From assembly GCA_021613535.1 (NCBI GenBank), contig CP075496.1, positions 10,478,001 to 10,542,000 on the forward strand: a stretch of DNA of 64,000 nt. The letters run 5' to 3'. The DNA is from Adineta vaga. Taxonomy: Eukaryota > Animalia > Rotifera. The notes under the pieces were generated by a model. It ran no database searches and had not been told where the DNA came from. It saw only the letters and a list, made by a program, of their open reading frames with translations. This document shows positions 42,341 through 64,000 of this stretch, one piece after another (within the stretch, counting starts at the first letter, position 1; each line of letters starts with the position of its first letter). The translations under genes were made by a program, and so were the position numbers.

Positions 42341-42847
42341 ATAAAATCTAACAAATGACAACATAACAGCGACGAACATAGTGTTATTTTCATTTTGTTT
42401 TGTTTTGCTGTCAATTGTGATTAGACATATCTCATTAATGAGAATAAGAATAAAAGAAACAACAACTTGATAACATCAATTCTATATAAAACAGTATCTT
42501 TTTCTAAAAAGTTAATTTCAGTTTTTTCCTTTTTAGATTAATTAAATGAAAGTAATTAGACAAGATATTTCATTCAAGACAATGGCAATGTGATGATTGT
42601 ATTTATCTGTAGTTCAATTTCTATATACTTTGAGAGTCATTGAAAATTGTTGTTCTTTCCTTTCTCCTACTCTTATTTTAATTTCATCATTTACGTTAAA
42701 ATTTTTCTTTTCTTTCTTCTACAACAATAAAGTTGTATAGTGAGCATGTGATGTCTCTCACGTTATTTGATCTCGTAGGTAGTTGTATAAAAGAACTATT
42801 CATTTGTTTTAGATATTCATTTTTTCAATTTTTTATTCGAACTAACA

Positions 42848-45800
42848 ATGGCATCTGATCAAATAGATGCAAATGCTGATGATAGAAAAAAATCAGCACC
42901 AATGGAATTTAACAATTGGAATGAATTGATTCAACATGTAAATATTAATCATATATCCTATAGAGTATCTTTCAAGTGTGCTTTATGTCATTTTCAGACC
43001 CAGAGTTTATCGCAAGGTTCTGATAAGAAACTGAAAATCTGTATGATTGATGAAGAAAATGAAGAAATTCGTTTACAGAATCAAGATGAATTTGATTTAA
43101 ATGCTCAAGTAAATATCTCTCTTTAGATGATGACAATATTATGATCAATTCTTTTGTTTTAGTACGCTCGAGATCATGATATTAAATCTCTCACTTTCGT
43201 TGTCTATCTCGATGAGAAACATCTATTTAATGGAATATATCATGTTGAAAAACCAATAGAAAAAGTCACTTTTCCTGCAGATAAATTACTAATGCTGTTG
43301 GACAATGTTCTCGTTGAAAAATGGTATATACCAGTTAAACAAGATGAACCACTTGGTGTTTGTTTATTGGCTGCAATTAGTTTAGCTCAAGATGGTATTG
43401 AGAAAGAAAAACTATTTTATTTTATAGAAACAATGTTTTTCTTCGATTTTTTCTCAGGTAAACTTGAAAACGATGTCGATTGTAAACGATTTATTGAAGA
43501 TATTATTCCTGAAGCATTTCGAAAAGTAATATTGATAAAAAAAAAGCTTTTTTCTCTCTATACTAATTCCATGTTTCAGTTACAAAATACTGAATCTGTC
43601 ACGTCATGGCCACGTGAAATACAATGTGGTATATTTGAAATGATTGAATTATTGATTGATTTAGTTGGTATTCGTATTTGCTATCCTCCAGTGCCTATTG
43701 CATTATTAAATACACTTGCTATGGTTTGTTTATTGTCGTTTTAAAATCTTATTTTCTAAAACGAAAATAACTATCATTTAGACATTTGATACGAATACAA
43801 AATTTTCACAAAAACATAAAAACGAATTGATACCATCACGACGTGTATATACTATGAAAGATGATGATTTCCTAAGTGAAGAATACGATCATGAAACATA
43901 TGGTTGGCTACGATCAATTATTCAACGTGTAAGTTTTTAATTAGAAAATAATTTTGTTTTATATATCTATCGATGTTTAGTTCCTTGCACAAAATGGTTT
44001 AGATCGTATTCGTTTACAATTCGAATGTATTAAAGCATCAAATTCTACAACTTCAGCAATGGTTTGTCATTTTCTTGATTGATTTTCTCAACAAAAAATG
44101 TGATGATTTGATTTTTAGGAATATAATGCTCTATTGAAACTATTTTTAAAATGTAATAAATGTATCAATGCACAACGTTATCGTTGTATCTTTCATCGAC
44201 CAATCCATCTCGTGATTCAATATCTTCGAAAACAAAAATCTGCTATTGAAGAAAATCATGAAGTAATTATTGAACTTCTTTTTATTTATTTAGCACAAGA
44301 TTATCTACTTTTTTTTCTAGTTAAAACAATTGTATGAAACATTAATGGATATTTGTTATAAGTATGACTTCAACGATGAAATGAAGAGTTTATTGGCTAT
44401 GTCAAATGCATCAAAACAAGCAGATATATTAACAAAATCTGCTGAATGTGGTTCGGAAACAACACCACTTATTGAGGTAAATAGATAAGCACAGTTTCGA
44501 TTCTTAATGCACAAGAACGATGCCAAATCATAATTTTATAAGACTAAAAAATATGTTTTATATTCATTATTGATTATGAGAACGTTTCTAGATACCAACA
44601 TCTGTACAAAGAAAAACTAAAAATTATGATTGTTACGAGAAACTTGCTGAAGATATTCGCACAATGTCAATGACTAATGAAGATATAGAACGAAAAGTAA
44701 GTTCATTCTTATATCATTGTTTCTCTATAATCGATTGTGATGTATTTTCTTTAAGAATATTAAAAAACAACGAACCGACGAACAAGTACCAATCACATTA
44801 TTTACTCGTAATAATCTTATGGAATGTATCGATGTAAGACAATGAATAAAACGAAAAACAAATTGCTTATCTTTTTCTTTCCAGGAATTATTGACTTCAA
44901 CAGATAAACGTTCACTTAAACGAAAACATCGTCGTGAACATCAACGTTCAACCTTAATGTCAACCAGTTCTGGTCATATGAATAAAAAAGAAAATAAACG
45001 ATCAAATACTATTACACTGCCATCAATACAAAATTTCGATCGGTAAAGAGACAAATCTATGAATATTTCTTTTTTTGTTCTAACATTTTTGTTTAATATT
45101 AGAACAAATCCGGAAGATATTCTTCATTATTTTACTCCAATGAAATTAAAAATTGCGACACTTTATGATAATCTTCATACGGCTACATGCCTTGGTAATA
45201 TTCGTGACGTTTTAAAAATCGAAGAAAAACTTAAATTACTTCGGTAAGAAATAGTTTCACTATCAATCGATCAACATCATATCATTCTATCATTTGTTTT
45301 TAGTCCATTCTCTGCTCGTTTTATTGCGGATGAAAATACACCGGATGGAACAAGTATGCATCAAGGACAAGTTTTTCGTAAAGGTTGGATTCTTCTTAAT
45401 GATGGTTCATTGCCATGGGATAGTACAGATGTTCAATTGATTAATCTATCGGATGGTATTCAAGTTCTTCAACAACCTATTGTACCAACTACAGCACCAC
45501 ATGCTCGAGCTGTTATTACTGTCGATTATAAATGTGCAGATAAACCAGGAACATACGAAAGTAAATGGATACTTTCTTATCGTCAACAAACATTTGGTCC
45601 AATGATATGGTGTTCGATCGAAGTTAATGATCTACCGGTTGGAGAAAAATCTCAAATTCGTAAGAAATTCGACTGATCAATTTTGTAATGTTTCTAAATG
45701 TGATATTTTTTTCAGAAACACTTGTTGATGAAAGTGAATTTGAATTTATTGAAGTACCATTACCAGCCTGTTTTGATTTATCAAAACCATATCAATCTAT

Positions 45801-46775
45801 AATGCAATCGTCATCAAGTGCCAGTTCACTTCATGTAAATATCTTTCGTAGTTTTTGATACATTATAATTGTTTCGTTTGTGTCTTTAGTCAAGTTATAT
45901 TTTACCAAATGTTGATTCAACGGATTTATTATCGAACGATTTCAATGCTGTACATAGTAAGAAAAACTCTTCATTGGCTATTTTGTTTTAATATGATTTT
46001 CTTTTGTTTCAGTTGATAATTTGCAAGATCCATACGGTAGCGATACTGATGATTTTTCAACTCTTTCATCTTCATCTCCCACACCACCATCAGCTATTGA
46101 ACCAATTCTTCCAATAAATTTAGCATCTGAAGAACCAGTCTCATTGATTGAATTAGCTCCGCCAGTAGAAGAGCAAGCCACAACAGTTATAGATGCGAAT
46201 AAATGTGAAGAACGTCAAACAATTCGATTAAAGTACATATACATATACATAGACATATGTTAATATTTAATTATATATCATATTTTTATTTTAGTCAATC
46301 ATTAGATTTTGTTGATACAGTCGTAACAAATATTTTCAGCGTCGCAAAACAAGCAGGTTCAACAGCAAAGGCTATTTTTAATACATTACAAGCTTTTGAT
46401 GAGGTATGAAAACATATATGAAATATGTATATTGATCTATCAATATCCGATATTCTCTCTTTTTGTTTCGTTTTGTAGTCAAGTACTCCCGCAACACCTA
46501 CTACTCAAGAAGAACAACCTAAATTAGTCAATACATTTGCTGCGAGTCCAACAAATACGAATGGATTCTTTGAGCATATTGAACAAATTTCAATAACACG
46601 TACAGATTCATTTCCTTCAGAAGATCAAATGCAAGCATTAATTGAAATGGGATTTGTTAATCGAGCTAAAAATCAACGATTATTAAGAGAAAATGCTAAT
46701 GATTTAGCTAAGGTGATTGAATTCTTAACACTCGATTGCAATGATGATACAGATTGGTTTGCTCATCGTCACTAG
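42848..46775 (+). CDS. NBR1-like autophagy receptor: PB1 - USP24/USP9-like N-terminal domain - FW - LIR - UBA
   Basis: PB1 OPCA-like IDEENEEIRLQNQDEF; KWYIPVKQDEPLGVCLLAA...CKRFIEDIIPEAFRKL; FW domain FIADENTPDGT...KGWILLNDGSLPW...FGPMIWCSIEV; LIR-like SEFEFIEVPLPACFD; UBA LIEMGF.NRAKNQRLL; ends DWFAHRH. Confidence 0.85.
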
Positions 46776-47219
46776 ACGCATTTGCAAATAACTTTTCTCT
46801 CAATTGTATGATTATGTAAAATAATACTTAATAGTTCTCTGATTTCTTTTAATCTAGCTTCTCACTTTTTTTCTTTTGAACTTTATATGTCATTTCTTTT
46901 TAATTATTATGAATACGTGATTGTTTTCTATCTCGTTCGCAAAAATGTACATAATGCTGTTTTTCTTTCATATTATCATTATTATTATCATTATTATCTC
47001 TTTAGTTAAACATACAAACAAAAAATAATCTGAAATCTTAGAACTCTTGTGTGTGTGTGCATGTCATATTCATTTTGAACAATAAATTAAAGATTTCTAT
47101 CTTCACCTTCTTTGAAACTGTCCCTAATGGAAACATAAAAAAATTTAAGAAAAATGAATGAAAAAGAAAAACTTTCATAAATAACCTTTTCTTGTCATTT
47201 TAGATTGATATTTTCATTG

Positions 47220-47515
47220 ATGTAAGTTTAATTTGAAAGAACATCTTATGAAAATCTTGTCAACTATACAGGTTACGTCATAAGTCAATTCTTGAAACAT
47301 ATGGTTTGGGTTCATCATCAACTGAAGATCAACGTCCAAGTTATGATGAACGTTATCCACCAGTTCGACAACGTAATGACCGAGAACGACCACGTTCAAT
47401 TCGTTTAAAGCCACAAGAATATCTTTTACTTATCTGTGCTGCTCTTGGTATTTCAGCTCTAATTATATACAACGTTTTTAAGTCATACACTGAATACTTT
47501 TCATCCGATGATTAA
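47220..47515 (+). CDS. Small (81 aa) single-pass membrane protein; start codon split by an intron
   Basis: AT (47220-47221) | gtaagt...tacag | G (47272) rebuilds ATG in frame with ORF 47306-47515; C-terminal hydrophobic LLLICAALGISALIIY. Confidence 0.55.
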
Positions 47516-47766
47516 TCTGATGTCAACGTTAACTAAATCTCAGATCATGCACTTATAGTAATGAAAATTTTCTTTCTTCTCTCAATCTTTTAGTGGTAGT
47601 TGATGTTTTATCTATAAATAAATCTAGTCTTATATGTAAATATATTCATTTGTTTTAGATTAATCATTCATTACACCTCCGTTGGGTAGTAATGTTATAT
47701 TTTAATATGTTCATCAATTGGACTTAAGAAAAAACAAACTATATTTGAATCAAAGATTTCCATTCG

Positions 47767-49095
47767 ATGGACATGGAAAATTCTGTGTCAATGAAGAGAA
47801 AACATGAAGAAGATGATGGTGATGAAACAAATATTCTGAATAATAATAATAAAAATAATGTCGAATCAACAGTAATTGATAGTAAGTAAAACTTTGATGG
47901 AAATGAATTGTTATAAGTTTCAATTTGAATTTAGATAAGAATGAACAAATAACAAATAAAAAACAGAAGAAGAAAAAGAATGTTCGTTTTGACGATGTAA
48001 CTGTCTATTACTTTGCTCGTAGTCAAGGTTTTGTTAGTGTACCAAGTCAAGGTACAATTACTCTGGGTATGTTATTAAACAATTTTCCTTGCTTTTTTTT
48101 TATAAATGATTATTTTAGGTATGGTTCCTGAACATTCACATGTCGAACAGTATTCAGTATCAGATTTTTTACGTCATCGTCGAGCAATACACAAATCAAT
48201 ATTACGTGAAAGAAAACTACTTCCACCACCTTCATCTACTAGTGAGTTACAAAACAAAATTGATAGTTATCACTTTATCGAACATTTCTTTTAGCTATAG
48301 ATAGTGATAATGATGAAGATGAACCTCTTCCTGTTGATGATTATTATTTTGTTCAACCGATTGCTACTCGACAACGTCGAACATTATTGAAACAAGCTGG
48401 TCTTGTTAAAATTGATGCAACAGAAAAACATGAATTAACCTTAATTCGACGTTCACGTGAAGTCTGCGGTTGTTCGTGTACACGTGAAACAGGTGGTTGT
48501 CAACCATCCACATGTGATTGTTATTTGAATGGTATTGCATGTCAAGTTGATCGTTTAACATTTCCATGTCCATGTGCAACAATGCTTTGTAAAAATCCAT
48601 TAGGAAGACTTGAATTTAATCAAAATCGTGTACGAAATCATTTTTTTGATACAATTACAAGATTGGAAGCCGAAAAAACTCAAGAAACACTTCGTAAGAA
48701 TATTTCCTTTTTTTTGCTCTCGTCGTCTTGTAATTCTATGTATATTTCATTTTGATTCAGCATGTTCAACAAAACAATCCGATGATCTGTCCACTATTAC
48801 ATCACTTTTATCATCAATCATATCCCAAATTGAACTTGATGAACATCAAATTGCATCTGTTCTAAATTTACTGGTTTCATCAGTCGAAAATCCAGCAATA
48901 AATACCGACGAATCGTCGTCATTCTTGCCGATGATTTCATCTTCTAATATTACAACAACATCTTCCACTTGTATTCCATCTTCAATCAAGGATCAGTCAA
49001 TTCAAACATCCCGAGCATGTCATACATCGCCTTTACGACGAATAACAACTAATTCTCTATCATCTTCATCAATTATTTCGACTGAATTGTCGTAA
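47767..49095 (+). CDS. Cysteine/serine-rich nuclear protein (CSRNP/Axud1 family)
   Basis: KKNVRFDDVTVYYFARSQGFVSVPSQG..TLGM; IRRSREVCGCSC; GIACQVDRLTFPCPC; NPLGRLEFN..RVRNHF. Confidence 0.92.
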
Positions 49096-49710
49096 AACAA
49101 AATCAATTGTATCATTCTTTTTTTCTTTATCGGCTTGATATTTTTTTGCTATTTATTCCTATGTTTGCATTTTTTTTCTTCTTTCTCTACATATGGATAT
49201 TTTAAAAGAACGTGATTGAACAAATAATATCAATTTTTCTATACAATCAAACTATTTACGATGTCTATGAATTGTTGTTTATTTCGACGCCTCCTATCTG
49301 TTGTTGACGAAAGAAACATCGAAATCTTCTCTAAACATATTATTTCGACCTTGTTATCAGCTTTTGTAAATTCTTTGCAATTTGTCTATCAAAATATTGA
49401 TGGTATGATGACTATAGTAATGAACATGATATTAACTTAAAGATATGCCTACGATGTATCTTGTTGTCCGATAAATAGAAAAATGTCTGCATACGATAGT
49501 CATCTGTAGGACTACAATTCTCAACTAATCCTAAATCAATTTGAATGAATCGCTTTTATTTTTCTGTATTCTAGTTGAATGTCATGTGTACAATGACGCA
49601 TCGAGGTTAAATAAAGAAGATAAAGGAGGAAGAAGCAGAGGAGGAGAAAGTAGTTGAATAGTATTCGACATACGAATATAAATACTTACGTGTTCATTTC
49701 TCAGTTTTGT

Positions 49711-50702
49711 ATGTTAAAGATGAAATCGACAAGCATATTTCAAGGTAAGCAATTGATAAACTACTCTATTGATCTATGAAGATTTTGTTATTCAATAGTT
49801 TTCTTTATTTTTCTTCTGGCTCTTCAATGGAATCAAATTCATGCTAGAAATCTTACTGTTCAGATAACAACGGAAAGTATGATAAGAAATGAAAGCGTAA
49901 CAACAATGAAAACTCATGAAAAGTTAGTAGAAACTAAAGTCGATAAAAAACCATTGACAATTTTATTATGTGAACAACGTGATAAACCTTATTTTCTTCC
50001 ACATAAATCTAATAACAGTCAATTCTATGTATGTGTTAAAGGACAATTATTCTTACTTAATTGTCCGATGGATCATCGATTTGATAAAGAACTTGATCAA
50101 TGTGTTCGTAAAACTATTGAGAATGAAATTGAACAAAGTAAATTATTGATATTGAAAAATGTTCTATGGGTTATTAAGTAACATTGTTTTTTTTTCTTTT
50201 AGAACCCAATATACCAATTTTAATTCCACATGAAACAAATTGTGGTTGGTATTATGTTCAACGTAATGGTACAACAGGTGAACGTGTTCTTAATCATTGT
50301 CCAATGCCACAATTATTTGATATTGCAACACTTGAATGTAAAAATTATACAGAAGTTAAATGTCAAGATCGTTTTGAACCAAAAGATGCATGTAAGTGAA
50401 AAGAAAACTCTTCGACTTTATTGTTGTTTTCATCTCTAGGTGATTATCAAATTCGGTCATCTGCTCATTCATATCCATGTTCATACATACCTAGCTGTAA
50501 AACTCGTCTTGATGGTTTATATCCTGATCGTTTACGTGATTGTCGGATGTATTTTCGATGTACATCAGAACGAAGTTCAGAATCGTTTTCCTGTTCACAA
50601 AATACTTTACCATTAGGTGAAAGATTTAGTTTTGAAGAACAACGTTGTTTACCTGCTCAATATGTAGAATGTATCAATGACCAACAAAAACCTTTCGTTT
50701 AA
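49711..50702 (+). CDS. Secreted protein with three chitin-binding type-2 (peritrophin-A/CBM14)-like domains
   Basis: Signal-peptide-like FFIFLLAL; Cys/aromatic repeats FYVC..CPMDHRFD..C, CGWYY..CPMPQLFD..C, CRMYFRC..C..RFS..C. Confidence 0.8.
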
Positions 50703-52535
50703 ATTTTTCTTATCAAATGATTAATGCTTGTACTCTTCAAATAAAGATATACAATAAGAAAAAGAAAAAATCTATTAAAATTGTTTGTGATGAATGAATG
50801 TTATGCCTATTTTTTTTTCCCTTTCTTTCAATCAAAATCTGTTGATATAGAAAAGCGTACATTCTCGATTGTCAATTATCAATACTTCTTATGCTTTCAT
50901 TTCTTTCTATTTATTCCTTGAGGAATAGTTTGTCTTTTTTTGTTCTCTTTATCTCCGATCTTCAAAATACTAGCTCATCTTTATCTCATTTACGCATCGT
51001 GAAGTTGTGTTACTAAATATGAAGACAATCATAGACCGATAGAAAGAAATAAGATAGATCTGCCTTTTTTTTTAGCTATTTCCGCCTGTTCGCATTCAGA
51101 AAAGAACGATGTTTCTGATGGGAATCGATATTTTTCTACGAACGATGTTTGCTGTTGTAGTGACAAGGCCAATATGCTCTCTTTTGCTCGTTTCCTTCTC
51201 TTTCTCTCGATCGTTGTTGTATAAGAGTCTTGTATACAAATCACAGAGAAAAACTAATCTCTATATTAGATACCTGATCGTCCTAGTTCGCTATATCAGT
51301 TAACAATCACAAACGGAAATATTTCATCTCGTTCATACTAAATATGACACAATCAATTGATCATATAACATATGGACATTGCCAGAATATCTTGAATATT
51401 GATACTCTACAAATCACTATGACATGACATGCAGATACTATTCTATATTGATATCAGTCGAGAAAAAGACATATCTGTCGATTAGTTATTGAAACAACAT
51501 TTGTATATAAATATATATTTGAAATTGTGTGACAATAAATGAAGCAAAAATGCATTCCAAAGAATAATGATAGAAAAAAAATCATGGAAAGAAATAAGAA
51601 AAGTCTTTTTCTTAAAGGCAACTCGGCGTAACAAAAGCTGTCTCTTTCATTTTTTTCCTACTTCTCTCGACTTGGTTTGTCCGATCACGTGTATGACTGT
51701 AGAAAAGAATGCACGAAGAGAGACAGAGAGGGAAAATGGAGAACGCGATGAGGTTTTTCTGCTCAATCATTATGTTCTTAATGATAGGTCTGCTTCTAAA
51801 ATCAAACCAAGAATAGCAGAAAAGAGTATGATTTTCTAAATATTGCCAAAGGCGCTAGGAAAAATATATCATAAAACTGGTAGAAAATCCATTGATTGTT
51901 GTTTAAAACCATGACATATTAAAATACTTTTTTCTTCTCAACTTTTTTTCTCTTCTCTTATTTTCTGATCGCCTGTCATTTCATTTGTTCTTTCCGTCAT
52001 CTAGCTAAATCATTATCGAACGTAAGTAAACAATGTGTTGAACTATCTTTTTTCTTTCTTAATAATAAATGAAGCTTGAAATATTTGAAAATGAAATTCT
52101 TTTCGTTCACTCATGCATATGACGAAATTATTATTTTCAGTAGTTTTCTTTTTACTATAGAACAGTCTAAATTCTTCATCATTATTATCAACTTACGCTC
52201 AACATATAGTTCAATCGTTATCCATTATTCTATTCAAAGATCTTCCGTATGTTAAGAGCAAAATAAATGTTTGTCTGATATACAGATATCTGAAAAAAAA
52301 GAACCTTGATTTTATCGTTAGTGCTAATGCTTTAGTTATGACGCAACACTTTCTCTCTATCCTTATTGACGTCAGATATATATTCTCTACTGCACGTCTT
52401 AACATATGTATGTATACAAATTTTCTAGATTGTCTGTAGTTATATTATCGTTAAGTTTGCTTGAAGACGGATGTATTTTGTTTAGTTATTCTTTGTTAAA
52501 GATAATGATAAATTTCTTCTAAATTCCTGTCAAAT

Positions 52536-61788
<9,253 letters not shown>

Positions 61789-62712
61789 AAAAGGTTTTTT
61801 TCTGTGATAAATTCTCCTTTTCTTCTTACCTTCTTCTTATCAACATATATAGATCGATGTTTTTTTTATTGATAAAAAACGAAAAAAAGAAAGACTATTT
61901 TATTCATCGATGTATATATTTGTGTTTATAAGCTCCGTCCTTTTGTTACCTTTTCTTCCTTTACGTCGACCGATAGCAATGTCTGTTTGTTTTGTGTAAT
62001 AAATATGTATCAAACTGAAAAGAAGAATACTATATTTAAAATATACCATATTATTGTCATTATGTCTTTTAGAAGTGATTACAGCGATATCTATAATGAA
62101 GAAAAAATACATATTTCTTATTGGGCAATTGTCTATTGACCAATAGGATTGGTCTGTTATTGGACAAAGCAAAACTGTCTTCTCTTCTTCTTCTCTTTTG
62201 GGTCAATTAAATATGCAGCTTTTTTCTTTTACGGAATCGTATTATGTTCAATGAAATAGGTATCAACGGATGCTTCATGCTTGTTATGGACTGTATATTG
62301 CTGCTGACAAAACGCACCCGCAGTTAAACCCTTACACTCTTTCGAAAAGGATCACATTTTGTTTTCTGCGTTTCAGATCTGGAGAAATAGGCAATGTTAC
62401 ATAAACTATAGTTTCGTGAAGAACTAAAGGCTAGATCAAATGAATAAACACGAGCTTTTCATATTTCTAATTCTGAGTATACGACTAATGAATATACATA
62501 ACATAGGAAGTGATTTGAATTCTGAAATATTATTCATATCATCTTGTTTACGATATATTCAGGGAATGTGGCTAAAGATGATTTCAGTCGAACAAAGAAC
62601 ATTGAATCTAGCAATGCTAGTCGTCACATTGTCTATGATATAATTTGAATAAAAGAAAAATACTTGAGTAAGATGATTTTTACTTTTCTACATTCATTTC
62701 TAGATCTGAATA

Positions 62713-63386
62713 ATGCCAATTCGATTTGCTGTCGTATGTTCGTCGAATCAAAATCGAAGTATGGAAGCACATAATTTCATGAGTAAACGTGGTTTACTTG
62801 TCAGATCATTTGGTTCGGGTCAACAAGTGAAATTGCCCGGAACATCATTAGAAAGACCCAATACTTATACATTTGACACAACATATGAATTTATGTATAA
62901 AGATTTATATAATAAAGATGCTAATTTATATACACAAAATGGTGTTCTACATATGTTAGATCGTAATCGTCGAATTAAAGAAAAACCTGAACGTTTTCAA
63001 GATTGTCGAGAACGTTTCGATATTATTTTTACAGTTGAAGAAAGAATATTCGATCAAGTTATCGAAGGTAAGAAAAAATTTAACTAATTGAAGATAATTC
63101 TATTCTTAAATAGATTTAGAAAATCGTGATAAACGCACGAATGAAATAGTCCATATCATCAATATTGATGTTATTGATAATCCTGAAGATGCCACACTTG
63201 GAGCATTTATGCTTTGTGAATTGGGTCAAAAAGTAAGCGAAAGATAGAGAATTATGTAAACTATATCTTATGTTTCTCTTTTAGATGGAAGCTACGGAAG
63301 ATTTAGACAATAGTATCGATGAAATTCTGACGGAATTTGAACAAAAAACTAAACGAACTATTCTACATGCTGTTTCATTTTATTAA
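62713..63386 (+). CDS. SSU72: RNA polymerase II CTD phosphatase Ssu72, 3 exons
   Basis: AVVCSSNQNRSMEAH, RSFGSG..VKLPG, NIDVIDNPEDATLGAF, C-terminal LHAVSFY. Confidence 0.96.
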
Positions 63387-63508
63387 TTAAGAGAAAAACT
63401 CATTTGTGAAATGATTATTGTGTTTTGTTTTTGTTTTTGTTGTTTAGAAAACAATAATTTGTAATTCTTTTTTGTTTTGTTTGTTTTTTATATTTATTTA
63501 TTGAAGAT

Positions 63509-64000
63509 ATGAACGATCAAGCTACTGAAGCTTCGACTACCAATCAAGAAGGTATGAAGATCTTGAGTAAATAACAAATTCAATCAAATGATTATCTTTT
63601 AGAACAAAATGTTCTTCCAACAACGAAAGAATCACAACAGCAACAACAAGTACAACAACAACAACAACAGATCAATGTTGTTGATGATGCCGCACTTCAA
63701 GCTGTCCTCAGTTCAATGAGTGAAACAGAAATGAATGCTTTCCTCGAAGAATTAAATAAAACAGGCAAAGCATGTAAGACAACATATAGCAATACTTTTT
63801 AGTATTCAACTACGCGCTATTTTTATACTTTAGTTTTGCCTGCTATTGGTCAAACAATTGAATTATTAACTGTTAATGCACCTACAGAATTACCAACAAC
63901 AACGACTCAACCATCAGCAGAAATTCTGCTTCAAGAATTAACAACACTTATTCAACAAGCACCAGCTGATATTGTACCATTGAATATTGAACAAAAGATT
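63509..64000 (+). CDS. 5' part of an unidentified gene running off the window
   Basis: MNDQATEASTTNQE|EQNVLPTTKESQQQQ... with two GT-AG introns and an open frame to the window end. Confidence 0.6.

Noticed and set aside
62137-62165. Palindromic gaccaat...attggtc with CCAAT-like boxes upstream of SSU72
   Set aside because: Plausible promoter element, but too short to support without TSS data.

Overview
This is a very AT-rich, gene-dense eukaryotic window with many ~50-65 bp GT-AG introns. The composition, short introns, LEA-like gene and fungal/bacterial-looking genes suggest a bdelloid rotifer (inference only). About 25 genes were reconstructed by hand-splicing. In order: two divergent BarH-type homeobox genes, a stand-alone WWE protein, two Shisa-like genes flanking MINDY1/2 and an SLC1/EAAT transporter, a GH27 alpha-galactosidase pseudogene, a C2 protein, NDRG, a head-to-head PIP5K-like/PI3K-like pair, a MINDY4B-like pseudo-DUB, GALNT, MED15, a DUF3431-like gene, transposon relics, a degenerate Mab-21/cGAS-like ORF, RPS11, an NBR1-like gene, a small membrane protein, CSRNP, a chitin-binding protein, an ERG (KCNH2-like) channel and SSU72. 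The four most striking observations are: (1) The ERG gene carries two tandem two-exon cassettes, each encoding turret, pore helix, GFG filter and the first half of S6; joining both creates a TGA exactly at the junction, implying mutually exclusive swappable pores. (2) The NBR1-like autophagy receptor has a USP24/USP9-type N-terminal domain where the ZZ finger normally sits. (3) A 4.3 kb ERG intron hosts an antisense modular LEA-like gene and an intronless bacterial-like enoyl-CoA hydratase. (4) Two divergent phosphoinositide kinases form a bidirectional pair. All family calls come from motif recognition by eye; no searches were run.
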